Source: Geosiphon pyriformis uo1 (taxonomy: Eukaryota; Fungi; Glomeromycota). Taken from it: 64,000 nt of DNA. Where the stretch lies: NCBI GenBank assembly GCA_016748015.1, contig JAAOMT010000349.1:64812-128811 (forward strand), written 5' to 3'. Shown one piece after another: positions 24,549 through 39,032 of this stretch (within the stretch, counting starts at the first letter, position 1; each line of letters begins with the position of its first letter). Under the pieces are notes generated by a model. The model saw only the letters and a program-made list of their open reading frames with translations. It was not told the origin of the DNA and made no database searches. Made by a program: the position numbers and the translations under genes.

Positions 24549-27500
24549 TTAAATTTGTTTTATTTTTGACAAACTGTCAGCATTTCTGTTTTTCTTTTCT
24601 TTTTTGTAATGAACTGTATAATTAAATGGTGAAAGTTCTATTTTTTATCTGACATAACAATCATCTCCAAATTTTGCTTTTGTATTGAAGTCAATCCCTT
24701 ATGGTCTGTGTATATATCAAATTTCTGACTCAAGTATTCTCTCAATTTTATAACTGCCTAATAAATTGCTAAGTATTTCAATGCTGGTGTTTTATAGTTT
24801 TTTTCTGCTGAATTCAAACTTTGGCTAGCATATATTACTGGATGTTCTTTTCCATCTGGTTTTTTTTGTAATAGTACTGCTCCTAATGCTTAACCTGATG
24901 CATCAGTAATAATGATAAATGATTTGCTGTGATCTGAATACATTAATACTGGAGCTTAAATAAGCTTTTTTTTAATATGTTAAAAGCTTTTTGTTGAGCT
25001 TCTGTCTATTTGTATTTCACATTTTTGGTTTGTAGATAGTGAAATGGCTGAGCTAATTTAGAAAAACTTTTGATAAAGCAACAATAATAGCCTGTAAATC
25101 CAAAAATGCTCTCAGTTTTGTCGAATTGATTAGTACTGAAAAGTTTTTTACTATTGTAATTTTATCCGAATCTGTTTTGATGCTGTTTTTGCTTATGATG
25201 TGTTCTAAAAATTTCAGTTCTATCTTGCTAAAAAAACACTTGGTTGTATTTAATTTCAATCCTGCTCTTTTAAACCTTTCAAATACTTGTTGAAAATAAT
25301 GTAGATAGATATCAAATGTCTTAGAGAATACATTGATGTCATCTAAGTAAACAATTACTGATTTTCACAGTAGTTTAGTATAAACAATTTCTATGAGCCA
25401 TTAGAATGTTGCTGGAGCATTCATCAAACCAAATGGCATTACTTCAAACTCAAAATTCTTTTCTTATATTATGAAAGCTGTCTTTTTTTTATCTTCTGGT
25501 TTCATGGCTACTTGTTAGTAACTACTGTCTAAGTCCAAAGTTGAAAACTATTTCTTTTCTCCAAAAGCATCAAACAGTTCTTGAATCTTTGAAGTCAAGT
25601 AACTATCTTTTTTTGTTACTTCATTCAGTTTTCAGTAGTTCACACAAAAGTGGATTTTTCCATTTTTCTTTTGGACTAATACTACTAATAATAACTATAG
25701 GCTTATTAATGGCTGAATTAGCCTATTGTTAAACATTCAATTAATTTCTTAACAAATAATCTCATGACTGGCTGGTGGTAATCTGTATGTTTGTAATTTT
25801 ATTGGCATTGCATCTCTAGTCTTGATCTAATGCTGGATGATATTAGTTCTGCCAAATTTATTTTCACTGGCAAAGATGTCATTGAAATTGTTGAACAACA
25901 TCTTAAGCTGCATATGTTGTAGTGAGTCTAAGTTTTCTATGTTCATCTGTTCCAATTGTTTTGGTTGGAACAGATAACATTCTTCTTGTCCATATATTGT
26001 TTAAGATGTAATATCTACATATTTGCACAGTTATAAAAAATTTGGAATGTGAAATGGTGGTTGATTCTCAATTTCAGTGGTTAAATATCTGATAATAGTT
26101 TCTTTCAGGATTTTGATGACATCTCCAATAGTATTGTATATTAGAATTTCGATGTTTTTAGTGCTTTTGGCTGGTATGTAGAGATTAGTGAGTCTAATTT
26201 CTCCTGATTTACACATAGTTGCTTCTGTTTCAAACAACAGAGCTTGATCCTTCACTTTTTTTTTATGGCTAACATGTACTGGTCATATAATAGAATAAAA
26301 ATTACTTGACAGATAGAAATAATTTTTTCTTTGTCAATAACTTCTTCCTCTGCCATATTAATTGGTACATCTATTTTATTTGTGAATTCAAATTTCCATA
26401 TACTTCTAGCTGTAATCCCTAATTCTTCTCTGTTTTTTACTGATACTAATTGAGCTATTTTAACCAGAGGTAGGAATATTACCTGTGCTATCTTTTCATT
26501 TGGCTCTATAATATAGGCCTTTTCTGAATTATTTTGTAGCATAGCAATGATATTTCTTACATATTCTGCATCAATTATTCCTCCTCTAATGTTGATTTCT
26601 TTTTTTGCTAAACTACTTCTAGATGCTAATTGAACTATTGTTGTTGTTAAGATTTTCAATACTATCTTGAGATTAATGTAAGTGTGTGAATGTAGTTTCA
26701 ATGTAATGGCATCTTTTTCTAAATATCTCAGATCAAACTCTGTATTAGTATCATGTGCACATTCTGGCATAATATTTTTATCATTATTGCTGAACCATTT
26801 TAGTTTCTGTTTCTTGGTAAGATTAGGGAGCATGATGTATGTTTTGGGGTTTGAATTAGAGTCTGAATTGTTGTTAATTTCATTGCCATATTGAGCAGAG
26901 TTGGAACCATTGTTTTTGTTGTTGTTATTGTCAGAGTTTGAATCAGAATTGAAAGTTGATTCCAATTCTGATGTACAGCTGCTAATTGGTTTTTCTTCTT
27001 TCAGGATTGTATAAATCATGCATGATGGTGGATTGTAAATAAGATTACACTTATTACAATATTGAAAGTCACATGGAATTAGGCAGTGTTGACACAGTCG
27101 AATATTCAGCTGCTCCAAGCATTGCTCTTGTTCTTCTTTGATGAGTGCTAATTTTGAGTAGTGCTTGTAGAATTGTTTTGGATCCAAGAGATTTATAATT
27201 GGTTCTGGGTTCCAATCAAGTTTTATGAGGTCTGGAGTATTATTTTTTATTATTCTGATTTTTTCTTGCAATACACCTTCAATTTTGGTGAGTGCCATCT
27301 GCCATATTTTGTTATTATCATGTGAACAGTCATCCAGACATTTTATTGCTCTTCTCTAAATGGCTTCTATTGGTGTTTCTTTCTTAATCTAGTCACTTAT
27401 TAGAGTTATGTATTGACACAATTTGTGACATGTTTCTTCTTGTCCAAGAATGTCATTCCATATTCTCTTATCTAACAGCATTTTACCACACATCAAACAT

Positions 27501-28166
27501 GGTTTGTTGTTCCATTTTTCTTATTGTTTTGGTTGTCTAAAGCATTTTAGAATGCATAATTGACAATAAAACTTGGTTGTTGTAAGATATTTCTCATTAT
27601 TATCACAGTATGCATCCATTGCTGACAATTTTTTGCTGCAATCAACGCATACTAGCTTGGGTCAATGGTAATTGGTTGGCAGTTGTGGTGCTGAATAGGA
27701 GATATATGTAGAGTTGGGGTCTTGTGTATTTTTGCTTTCTCTTTCTTTCCCTTTTTCTTTCTCTTTCCAGATCCAAATTAATAATAACTCACTTTGATTA
27801 TTGTCAGCCCATGATAATTGGTTAGTGTCTCAAGTAGGTTTTTTTTTTCTCTTTTTTTTCTTTGTTTGTCTTATGAAAGTACTAGTGGCAGCTCGTTGTG
27901 ATTATTGTTGGCCCAAAAAACTTGATATGCTTTTCAGGTGAATTTAATTTATTTTTCTTTCAGCTCAATTAGTGGTTGCATAGTAGTTGGTTTAAAGTGG
28001 TCACAGGTAGCTGGTACTCTCATATGTTGGCCGTTCTGGCTTAGCTGGAATTTTTGGGTGGTCTAATCGAGTACTGCATTGGTTTTGGACAGCCAGTTAT
28101 TACCAATAAGTGTTTGGTATTAAATGGCTTCTATAACTAGTATCTTAATTAATACAATAATGCCAT
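24549..28166 (-). pseudogene. pol: Inverted continuation of A pol: protease C-terminus - Cys-rich domain - dUTPase - RT - RNase H
   Basis: Starts atgg|cattattgta, the direct continuation of 21650; dUTPase FDLRY, SRSS, GGIIDAEY, KIAQ; RT MPFGLMNAPATF and YLDD; stop after RNase H at 24549-24551. Confidence 0.92.
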
Positions 28167-28975
28167 TGTTACTCATAAAGAAAAAACAGATATAGAAAAT
28201 AGTAAGACCAATAAGGGAGTAGTAGTTAGCATGTAAGCACATTGTTCAGCAATGTGGAGTGATGTTAAAAAATTAGGGCATATTGCTCAACAATGTGAAC
28301 ATTGCTCAAGAAATTATAGCATATTGCTCAGAAATGTAAATGATCTTATAGAACATCAATTATATATATATAGCAGTAGCATTAGAAGAAAAAAAGACAG
28401 ACCTCTCAGTTTTAGATTTGATCTAAACAACTTTTTCATTCACAAATATTAATAAATACTTATTTACTATCTCAATCTACTCTCTACTATTAATACTTTA
28501 TGTTGATGAAAATTGATACTTAATTATACTGAAACAATAGTTTTTAATCATGGTTATTGACAGGATACTAAACTTACAATTGCCTTGGCTTATCTTATTA
28601 TTTTCTTTAAATTTCTTTTATTTTTTTTTGTTATTTCTTTTGTTTTACTAACTTGATTAAAAATATTCATATGTGAAGATATTAACATCAGAATATAGCA
28701 CTGATAAAAAACCCAGGAATAAGAGTAAACACTCGGAATTAAGAATATTTTATTAGGAGAATTACTGACCATCACACTAAGAAAAAAATTGACAAAACTA
28801 CAGTTTTGAGAAGCTACAGATAAAACAATCAATTGAATCTCTGTCTATTATACAAAGGGCTCTACAAAAATCTTCAGATCACAATACTTTCAGATATTAC
28901 CAACCATTTTAGCAATCAAGCACCAAGTTACAGGTTTGTTATTTGATTCAAAACCTCAAATAATCACTTATAACA
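28167..28975 (+). repeat. 5' LTR of element X (family A, 809 bp)
   Basis: tgtt...taaca, followed by PBS tggtgcttactg; preceded by ccat, the reverse complement of TSD atgg. Confidence 0.93.
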
Positions 28976-29037
28976 TTTGGTGCTTACTGTAAAATATAAT
29001 TCTACAGAGAATCAGCACCAACAACAATTATCCAAAG

Positions 29038-29613
29038 ATAGCAGAATCAGAAATAATAGAGACAAACCATTTAGGATTCACTAAATCCTTGTTTCAACAA
29101 TATAACCAACAATTGGACTTAACCAACAACCATTATCCAGCAGAATCAGTCTTCAACTTTTATATTAATGAAAGAATCACAGATTTTTTTAGAAGACCAA
29201 TTGATATTGAATCAGCAAGAGAAAATTTCTATAGAGAATTAATCCAACACACCAACTTATCACAAAATTATAGTTTTATGCCAATCATCAAAAAAATTAA
29301 TCAAGAAAATAAAAGATACACTCAACAACAATTCCCTATTACCTATGTAAATAAAAGTAAAAAAAAGTTACAAACACTAACAGCAACTCCAAAAGGAATA
29401 CAACTACCAACATGGAAGAAACAAAGAATTGAATTTCAACTATATTCATCATACTATCACACACCCAGAAGTACTATCAATATTGCATCAGTAGACATGT
29501 CTATATCAAATACAACATAACATTTAGACAACTATCATTCTAAAGTAAACAGAAGAAAACAGAATTATTAGGAACCTACAGTGATTACTTCAAAGGATTT
29601 AAATTGTGATCAC
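29038..29613 (+). pseudogene. gag: gag N-terminal region of X, interrupted by element C
   Basis: Homologous to 19410-19985; continues at 49437. Confidence 0.85.
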
Positions 29614-30466
29614 TATTACTCATAGAATATAGGAAGTATATATTAGCATAAATTAGCCAATCAGAAATAGCTGTAGTAAATGTGAAATTCCAGGATTCCT
29701 CTTAAAAGGAATTACAAAATTCCAGGAATTTCAGGATTCTCATACAAGGAATCACAGAATTCCAGAATTTCAGGATTCCTCTCAAAAAAAATTACAGGAT
29801 TCCAGAAATTTCAAGATTCTTGGTGTGAAGAATTGAGGAATTGAGAAATCTCAATTATGTATATATAGCAATAGTGATAAAAGCAGAAAAAAATGGAATC
29901 CAACAATTAAAAATCTTTCATCCACAAAAATATTAAAATAAATAATTATTCACCACCTCAATCTACTCTCCACTATCAACATTTCATGTTAATAGTAATT
30001 GATACTTAACCACACTAGAACAATAATTCTTGATTACAGCTATTGATAGAATTCTAATTTGCAATTGTTTTTCATTTATTTCTTTATTTTCTTTTATTTT
30101 CTTTTCTGGTTTTGATTTTATTGTTGTTACTAATTGATTGAAGATTAAAGCACTAAATTATTGATGTTACAGATAGCCTTGTAAAAGACTCAGAAATAAG
30201 GGTAAAAATATATTTATTAATGGATAGCTTACCAGAAGAGCATGACTGTCAGATTAAACCAGCTATCATGCTGAAGACAAAAATTGGGAAAACCATTCAG
30301 AAACCAACCACATCATCATCAAATCTCTGTCCATTATACAAAAGACTCAACTCTAAAAATCTTTAGATATAACCAATGTACCAGTATTACTTGCATTATC
30401 AAGATATTAAGCACCAAGTTACAGATTTATTATTTGATTTGAGACCCCAAATAATTATCTGTAACA
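29614..30466 (+). repeat. 5' LTR of C (853 bp)
   Basis: tattactc...tgtaaca; direct repeat of 48573-49432. Confidence 0.92.
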
Positions 30467-30528
30467 TTTGGTGCTTTCTGTAAGGTATAATCTTACAGAG
30501 AACTGGCACCAATTACATTTATCTAAAA

Positions 30529-33500
30529 GTGGCAGAATTAGAATTAATAGGAGCAAATCATCTAGGATTTACCAAATCTTTGTTTGAACAATACAGCCAA
30601 CAATTAGAATTAAACAATAACTATTTTCCAGCAGAATCTGCTTTCAACTTCTATGTTAACAATAAAATTACAGACTGCTTAGGAGGAACAGTTAACATTG
30701 AATCCACAAGAGAAAATTTCTATACAGAATTATTTCAACATATTAGCTTACCAAGAAACTACAGTTTCACACCAATTATTAGAAAAATCAATTAACCATT
30801 GAAAAATACACACAACAACAATTCCCTATTATCTATGCAGACAAAGACAAAGAAAGATTGCAAACACCAGCAGTAACACCAAAACAAATACAACCACCCA
30901 TTTGGAAGAAAACCAGAGTTGAATTACTAACAAATTCATTATATTATTATACATCTGGAAGTGTCATCAACATTCCATTAACAGATGTGTCTACATTAAA
31001 TGTGACATCAACATTTGGACAACTCTCATTTCAAAGTAAACAAAAGAAAGCAGAATTACTAAGAACCTACAGTGATTATTTTGAAGAATTTAAATTGCGA
31101 TTGCCAACACCATCAGGATTTCAATCACCACCACTTCAACCAAATTTTGGAAATATGAGTCCTTGGAAGATAACAAAATCAGAGAAAGAGGAAGAAAAAG
31201 AAGCTGAAGATCAAGAATTTACTTACCAGAACCCAATTCCAGAAAACTTGAATATTAAAACCCCGAACTTTCAGACTCAGCAAGATCCAAATTTAGAAAA
31301 TCTGGAAATTAGAACTCTAAACTTTCAAACTCCTCAAAATCCGAACAATACAAACCCAAAACAATTAATCAGCAAAACTTACCTCCAGTAATCATCATCA
31401 ACCCACCACTAGTTGCTCCAGAACAACAATTACCACCACAACTTCAAATTCAATTACCACTTTAATCACCACAACAACTAAACATAGATCTAATAGCCTA
31501 TGCTCCAATAACAAAACTTGAGAAATTCACAAGAGAGAAGGACAATGCACAGATATGGCTCAATGATATAAAAAAAGCCATTGCAGCTAATGAATGGAAT
31601 AATGCCAGAGTCATGCAAGCCATTCCATATTTTCTTTAGGATACCGCCAATTCATAGTACCAGAGCCTGGTCAACAAACCCCAAAATTTTAATACATTCA
31701 AAATTGAGTTCTTGAAATACTTCAGCAACAACAACAACATTAACAGGCTAGCAAATACTTTCACTACCATTAAACAAGGAGAAACCAAAGCAGTTACTAC
31801 TTACTTAAGATGCTTCCACAGGAATCTGCACCAGATCCAAGTCATTGATGCCAATTATTTCACAGTGGCCTAAATCCTAAATCAGTTCATTCGTGGATTA
31901 TGCAGTAGCATTCTGTAACACATATGTTCAATACATCCTATTGATCTGCAAGCAGCCATCACAAACACCAGAGATTTTGAAACTGCTGAATTAGAAGCCA
32001 ACTATGCCTAAGCAGTAAATTTAGTAATGAATAGATTATCTGACTTGGATTCCAAATTGAAGCAATTTAGTGAATCAATAAATCAGGAATTAGAGGGATA
32101 CTTAGCTAACAATAATCAAGCAATCTATCAAACTCTACAGTGATGTAATAATTAAGGAAACTCTAATTGTTTCTATAATCAATTATGTTCAACATCATCA
32201 ACCAATCAATAGTGGCAACAGAAAATGCATTTTTGCCACTATTGTGGTAAACAAGGACATCTACAAATTGACTGCCATTGTCACTTAAATAATCAATGAT
32301 CAGAAAATCAATATTGAAACTCTGATTGCTAGTTTCAAACTCTGAATAACCCACCAAACTCAGAGCTATATTATCAGAATTACCAACCAATGATGCAACA
32401 GCCAATTTATTAAATACCAGTATATCAACCTCCAATTTATCAACCACAGTTGCCAGCAATATATCAATTGCAGCCACCAGTAATTTATCAACTCCAGCAA
32501 CTTCAAACACTACTACCAAACCCAGCTCAAATAACATCAGGAAATCTCAGATCAAAAGTCACTCAAAACTGGAGATTGGTAATAGTTGTTCACCAACCAA
32601 TTCTCAGTTCCTCCCACCAATCAACAAGACCACACTCTCGGAATTTGGGAACCAGGCACACCCAAAATCTGAATTCTCAACACTATTTAAGTCTCCTGGT
32701 TATTCCAGAAAATGCCACATTCAACAATCTGGAACCCAACCAGAAACAGCCACTTACCAGCAATATTTCACTAGCAACTATCTCCAACAATGAATCTTTA
32801 GCAACTATTTTTTTTTTTGAACTCGAGAAAACTGTACCAGTTCTATTATTCAGTAGAGCCGCTCTTGACACCAAACCAATTACTACTATGTATACTGACA
32901 TAAAAGTTGATAGTCATATCATAAAACTAATTCTAGATAATGGATCAGCTGGCAGCATCATTACAAGACAACTTATGAACCAATTAGGTCACTAAGTTAA
33001 TCGCACTGTCAGTGCCAAGATTATAACTGCTGATAGAGCAACCAAAACTTCCATTGGTAAGATAAATGACTTCCCAATTGAAGTCAATGGCATTACAGTG
33101 TCAATCAAAGTTCTGGTCATGGAAGCTACTCAGTACCAAGTTTTAATTGGTAATAACTGGCTATCCAAAACCAACGCAATGCTTAACTGAACAACACAAG
33201 AGTTGTAAATCAGTCAGAATGGCTAACACACACAAGTACCAGCCACGTGTGGCCATTTCAAACCCAGCATCAAGACACGACCACTCATTGATGTCAAAGA
33301 AGAAAAAGAGAAACCTATCTGGGAAGCTTATCAGGTTTCATGGGCTGACAGTGACCACAACAAACTACCACCAATACTATTCTGAAATAACAACAAAAAA
33401 AGAAAGCAGAAGGAAAAACTTACCTGGAATACCAATCAAGTCTGAAAAACTAACAACAATCAGGAAAAACTAATAAATTGGAAGTGGAAAAAAAATAAAA

Positions 33501-36500
33501 AGAGAAAAAAAAAGGAGAAGAAAGAAAAACCAACACCCGAACACCACCACTTATAATTTCTATACTACACCCCAACAATCCATTTATCGCTGCCCAAAAC
33601 TGGTATGCGTTGATTGCAACAAGAAATTGTCGTCAATGGATATTTGTTGTGGCAATGATAAGAAGTACATCTTGGCAACCAAGTTCTACTGCTGCCCATG
33701 TATCATTGAATGCTTTAGAAGACCAAAATGAGTTGGGAAATAAGACAATAAACCATGCTTGGCTTGTGGAAAAACTCTCCTAAACAAAAGAATGTGGAAT
33801 AACATTCCTGAATAAGAAGAAACATGTGATGAAATGTGTCAGTATACAATTTTAATCAATGACTGAGTACATAAAAACACACCAATCAATGACATCTGGA
33901 AACAAGTATTGTGATGATTGGAAAGATACTCTCATGACAAACACAAATTATGGAGAATGACATATGTGAAAACAGAAGGTGTGACAACCAGTAAACTACT
34001 GAAAATCAAAAACAATCTTCTATCTCTTCTTGAACCTGAATACGTTTAAATCTTTGATATCTTTGGCAATATTGAAGACAATCCAGAAGAATTCCACAAA
34101 TATTACTAGCAATTAGCACCCACTAGAGAAGAACAAGAGTAGTGTTTAGAGCAGTTGAATACTCAATTATGTTAACATTGCTTAATTCTCTATAACTTTT
34201 AATATTGTAATAAGTGTAACTTCATTTACAATCTACCACCATACATGATCTACATGATTTCTGAAGAAGATAAACCAATGAGCAGCTGTATATCAAAATC
34301 GGAATCAAATTGTAATTCTGATTTAAACTCCGACAATGATGATGACAAAAACAACAGTTCCAGCTCCACTCAAAATGGCTATAAAAACAACAATAATTTG
34401 GACTCCAATTCAAATCCTGAAACATATATTACACTTTCTGATTTCATTAAGGAACAGGAACTAAAATGATTTAGTGATAATAACGAAGGTATTATGCCTA
34501 AATGTGTACATGATACTAATGCAGAGTTTGATCTGAGATATCCAGGGAAAGATCCCATCAAATTGGAACCACATTTATGCACATGTATTGATTTTAAAAT
34601 AGCACTGAAAATTCCAGCAACAACAATGGTTCAGTTAATATTTAAGAGTAGCCTAGTGAAAAAGGGAATCAACATCAGAGGAAGAATAATTGACACAGAA
34701 TACATAAAAAATATTATTGCTATACTACAAAATGATTCAGAAAAGGCATATATTATATATCCAAATGAAAAGATAGCACAGGCAATATTCCTATCTTTGG
34801 TAAAAATAGCTCAACTAGTGTTAGTAGAAAGCAGGAAAGAACTAGAAATTACAGCTAAAGAGATACAGGAATTTGAATCAACAGATAGAATAGATATATC
34901 AGTTAATATGGCAAAGGAAGAGGTTATTGACAAAGAAGAAATTATCTCAACTCATCAATCAATTTCTATTCCACCATATGACTAGTATATGTTAGCCATA
35001 AAAAGAAAAGTAAAAAATCAAGCTCAGTTGTTTGAAGCAGAAGCCACCATTTGCAAATCAGGAGAGATTGGATTTACTAATCTCTACATATTAGCCAAAA
35101 GTCCCAAAAACATCAAAATTTTTATCTACAACACAACAGGAAGTATTATTGAAATACCAAAGAAAATTATCATTGGATATTTAACCACTGAAGTTGAGGA
35201 TCAACCACCAAACTACATTTCCGATTTTCTACAGCTTTGCGGATATGTGAATATTACATCACAAACTATCTATGGACAAAGCAAATATTATCTGCTCCAA
35301 CCAAAACAATTGGAACAGATAAACATGGAGAATTTAGACCCACTCCAACAGATGCAACTAAAGATGTTACTCAGCAATTTCAATGACATCTTTGCTAACA
35401 AAAATGAATTTGGCCGCACCAACATCATCCAGCATCAGATCAAGACTAGAGATACAATGTCAATTAAACAAAGAGCATACAGAACACCACTAGCTAGCCA
35501 TGAGATCATTTATCAAGAAATCAATTAAATGCTCAACAATGGGCTAATTCAGCCATCAATGAATCCATAATCATTACTAGTGGTATTAATCCAGAAGAAA
35601 AATGGAAAGATCTCTTTCTGTGTGAATTATCAAAAACTAAATAGAGTAACTAAAAGTAATAACTATCTAACATCAAAGATCTAAGAACTATTCAATGCTT
35701 TTGGAGGAAATAAATGGTTCTCAACACTAGATTTAGATAGTGGTTACTAACAAGTAGCCATGAATTCAGCCAACAAAAAAAACAGCATTTATCACAAAAG
35801 AGAGAAATTTTGAGTTTGAAGTCATGCCATTTGGCTTGATGAATGCTTCAGCAATATTTCAATGGCTTATGGAAATTGTCTATACTGGATTACTGTGGAA
35901 ATCAGTAGTTGTTTACTTAGATGACACAAATGTGTTCTCAAAAACATTTGATGATCATCTTCACTATTTCCAACAAGTATTTGAAAAACTCAGATGAGCA
36001 GGATTAAAACTAAATGCCAACAAATGCTTCTTTGGAAAAACAGAACTAAAGTTCTTGGAACATGTTGTGAGTAAAGATGGAATCAAAACAGATCTAGACA
36101 AGATTGAAATTGTTAAGAACTTTCCAGTACCAAACAATTTCACAGAACTAAGAGCATTTTTGGGATTTGCAGACTATTATTGTTGCTTTATTAAGAATTT
36201 TTTTAAACTAGCTTAGCCACTTCACTATTTACAAACCAAAAATGTGAAATACAAATGGACAGAAGTTCAACAAAAAGCTTTCAACATATTAAGAAAAAAG
36301 CTTATTTAAGCTCCAGTATTAATGTATTCAGATCACAGCAAATTATTTATCATTATTACTGATACATCAGGTTAAGCATTAGGAGCAGTACTATCACAAA
36401 AAGGCCCAGATAGAAGAAAGCATCTAGTAGCATATGCCAGCTGAAGCTTGAATCCAGCTGAAAAGAACTATAGAACACCAGCATTAAAACACTTAACAAT

Positions 36501-36716
36501 TTATTGGACAGTAATGAAATGGAAAGAACACTTGAGCCAAAAGTTTGAAATATATATGGATCACAAAAAATTAACTTCAATCCAGAAGCAAGAATTTGGA
36601 GATGATTGCCATGTCAGATAAAAAATAAAACTTTCACTATTTAACTATACAGTATATTACAAAAAAAAAAAAACAATAGAAATGCTGATGGATTGTCACG
36701 AATAAGACAAATCTAA
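30529..36716 (+). pseudogene. pol: gag - protease - Cys-rich domain - dUTPase - RT - RNase H of C, disrupted
   Basis: CHYCGKQGHLQIDC knuckle at about 32235; LILDNGSAG; FDLRYPG...KIAQ; MPFGLMNA and YLDD; ends ADGLSRIRQI* at 36716. Confidence 0.92.
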
Positions 36717-36752
36717 AAAAAAAACATTTCAACCCAAAAAATATAACAAAAA

Positions 36753-38053
36753 ATGAATATACAAAAATACTAATAACTTCAACATTATATAAATACCCAA
36801 TTATTCAAGAAGAAATTATCTTAAAAAGAACAAAACAACATAAAACAGCAATCAAAATATTTTATCAACCATCAAAATATACTTTACTGGAAGAACAAAA
36901 AAAATCTAGATCAACCAACCAGAGTAATCACAGAACTGGAGAAAGAGACAATACTATTCAACATACATTCAGATCCAACAGCAGGACATTTTCACAAAGA
37001 AGCAACCATAAAAAAAACAAGGAAAAGATACTATTGGCCATTAATATACCTGAACATTATTTAATACATTCAAAGTTGTAATGCTTGTTAAAGAAGAGGC
37101 AGAACAAAATCCAGTGAATTATTAAGACCAATCAAAATGGGACAACCATTCGATCATATTGGAATTGACTTAGTTGGATCATTAACAATTACCAGCAGAA
37201 GCAACAGATATATTGTAATAGCCATAGATTATCTCACAAAATGGCCAGAAGCAAAAGCCATTCAAAGAGCAGATGCAGAATTTGTTGCCGAATTCGTCCA
37301 TCAAGATTTGATCTGTCAACACAGATGTCTAAAAGAACTACTATCAGATTAAAGAACCCACTTTGTAAACAGAACACTGACAGAATTAAGTCAAAGATTT
37401 AGAATTAAAAGACCATTGTCATCACCATACCATCCACAAACCAATGGATTAGTTGAAAGATTCAATAGAACACTGTGTAAAGCAATTGCCAAGATCAATC
37501 AAAAAAACCAGAATGAATGGAACTTGTTTATACCATCAGTATTATTTGCTTATTGGACAATAAAGCAAGACACTACACAAGCAACACTATTTGAATTAGT
37601 ATATGGTAGAACAGCAACATTATCAGTTGAAATAGAAGTCAATACTTATCCAACAAAACCAATAACTGAAGACAATTTTCAGAAAATGTTACTAAGAAGA
37701 ACATATAACTTAATGGAAACACTAGAAAACAAATAGCAAAAAGCAGCTAATAACATTCAAAAGTCACAAAAAAAACAAAAAGAAAGACATGATAACCAAC
37801 TACCAAAGAAACCAGTTGAATTCAAGATTGGAGACAAAGTACTTCTGTATTGTACCAAAGTGAAAAAACAATGAAGTAGAAAATTTGACCCCAAATGTGA
37901 TGGATTATTTCACATAGAAGAAATTCTGAGAAATGGAGCTTATAAATTAAGATAGAACAACAAAATTTTAGTTAAAGCAGCACATAGTAATCGACTGAAA
38001 TTATATTACCATATAGTGTTATTATCCACCAGTAATATTTCACAATTAGAAGT
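36753..38053 (+). pseudogene. Integrase ORF of C (last 82 nt lie at 47785-47866, after D)
   Basis: Own ATG at 36753; HSDPTAGH, IGIDLVG, DYLTKWPEA, PYHPQTNGLVERFN. Confidence 0.92.
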
Positions 38054-39032
38054 TGTTACTGGAGGTTTTTGGTCTCTTTTCTTAAATATTGTTGATGCTT
38101 TTTTGCTGTGAATTCACGTTTTCTGGATGTGGTTGAACCTCCAGTAACTGAATTTATATTCAAATTATCTCCTATAATTTTGAACTGCTGGGCTTATAAG
38201 TAGAATGGCCAATTCCATGCCAGTTACTTTGTGTAGTTACGTTGTAGTAAATGTCAACTCTTTCCCAGGAATTGCTCATCTGGAAGCTCACTAAAAATGT
38301 GTAGTTACTTTGCTGTGAAAGTCAATTTTTCTACAAGAATCTTGTCTGTAGACTACCCTAATGATTGTAATAAAAAAATAAAAGAAAATAAAAAAAATGT
38401 AAAAGAAATAGAATTTTGTTGAGGGAAACGTTTTCTATCCAGGCCTGGAATCACTAACAGTTTACTGAAATTGGTAGCTAATCAATTTCGAAATGTTAGT
38501 TGGGTTTTGGGGATTTTCCAAGTACAATAATTAAAGAATCTGGTTTTTTTGAATTATTTGATATTTATTTCTTTTTGTGTGTATAGGAATGGTTTTAAGA
38601 GATAAATCTAAAGTAAGATACATTTTCTCGAAAAGAGAAGCTCTTCTTTTATACAACTTGTCGTAACACTATTCTATGAACTTGAACTTTGCTATTTTCT
38701 ATAATTTTGCTGAACTAAAGATACATTTCGGCAAACTACAAGTTATTTCTGTGAACTATTAGATATTTCGGTGAACTGTTAATTATTTCGGCAAATTTCT
38801 ATAAATTTCGGCAAACTTTTGAATGTTACATAGTTCGGGGTATTGCATGATTGATCATCGCAATTAGGTTACATTTGTGTTGTGTACAATTTGGGTTATT
38901 AATTAAATGATAATTTTGGACATTCTTTGCTAATGTAATAAGTGATAATTTGAAACAATAATATGCTAATTAATGATAAAAATTATAAGATAGTTTCATG
39001 CTAAATAATATCTCTAATTTCGTCTGGTAACA
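38054..39032 (-). repeat. 3' LTR of D (979 bp)
   Basis: Near-identical to 46801-47780 and 54792-55773. Confidence 0.96.

Noticed and set aside
21651-28166. An independent, 5'-truncated minus-strand retrotransposon
   Set aside because: Its first bases are the exact continuation of A's protease after the atgg TSD, so it is the inverted remainder of A
29800-29812. Perfect heat-shock element TTCnnGAAnnTTC in the C LTR
   Set aside because: Other units read TTCCAGGAATTTC, and the perfect version falls in a different unit in the 3' LTR, so it is probably a G>A decay product
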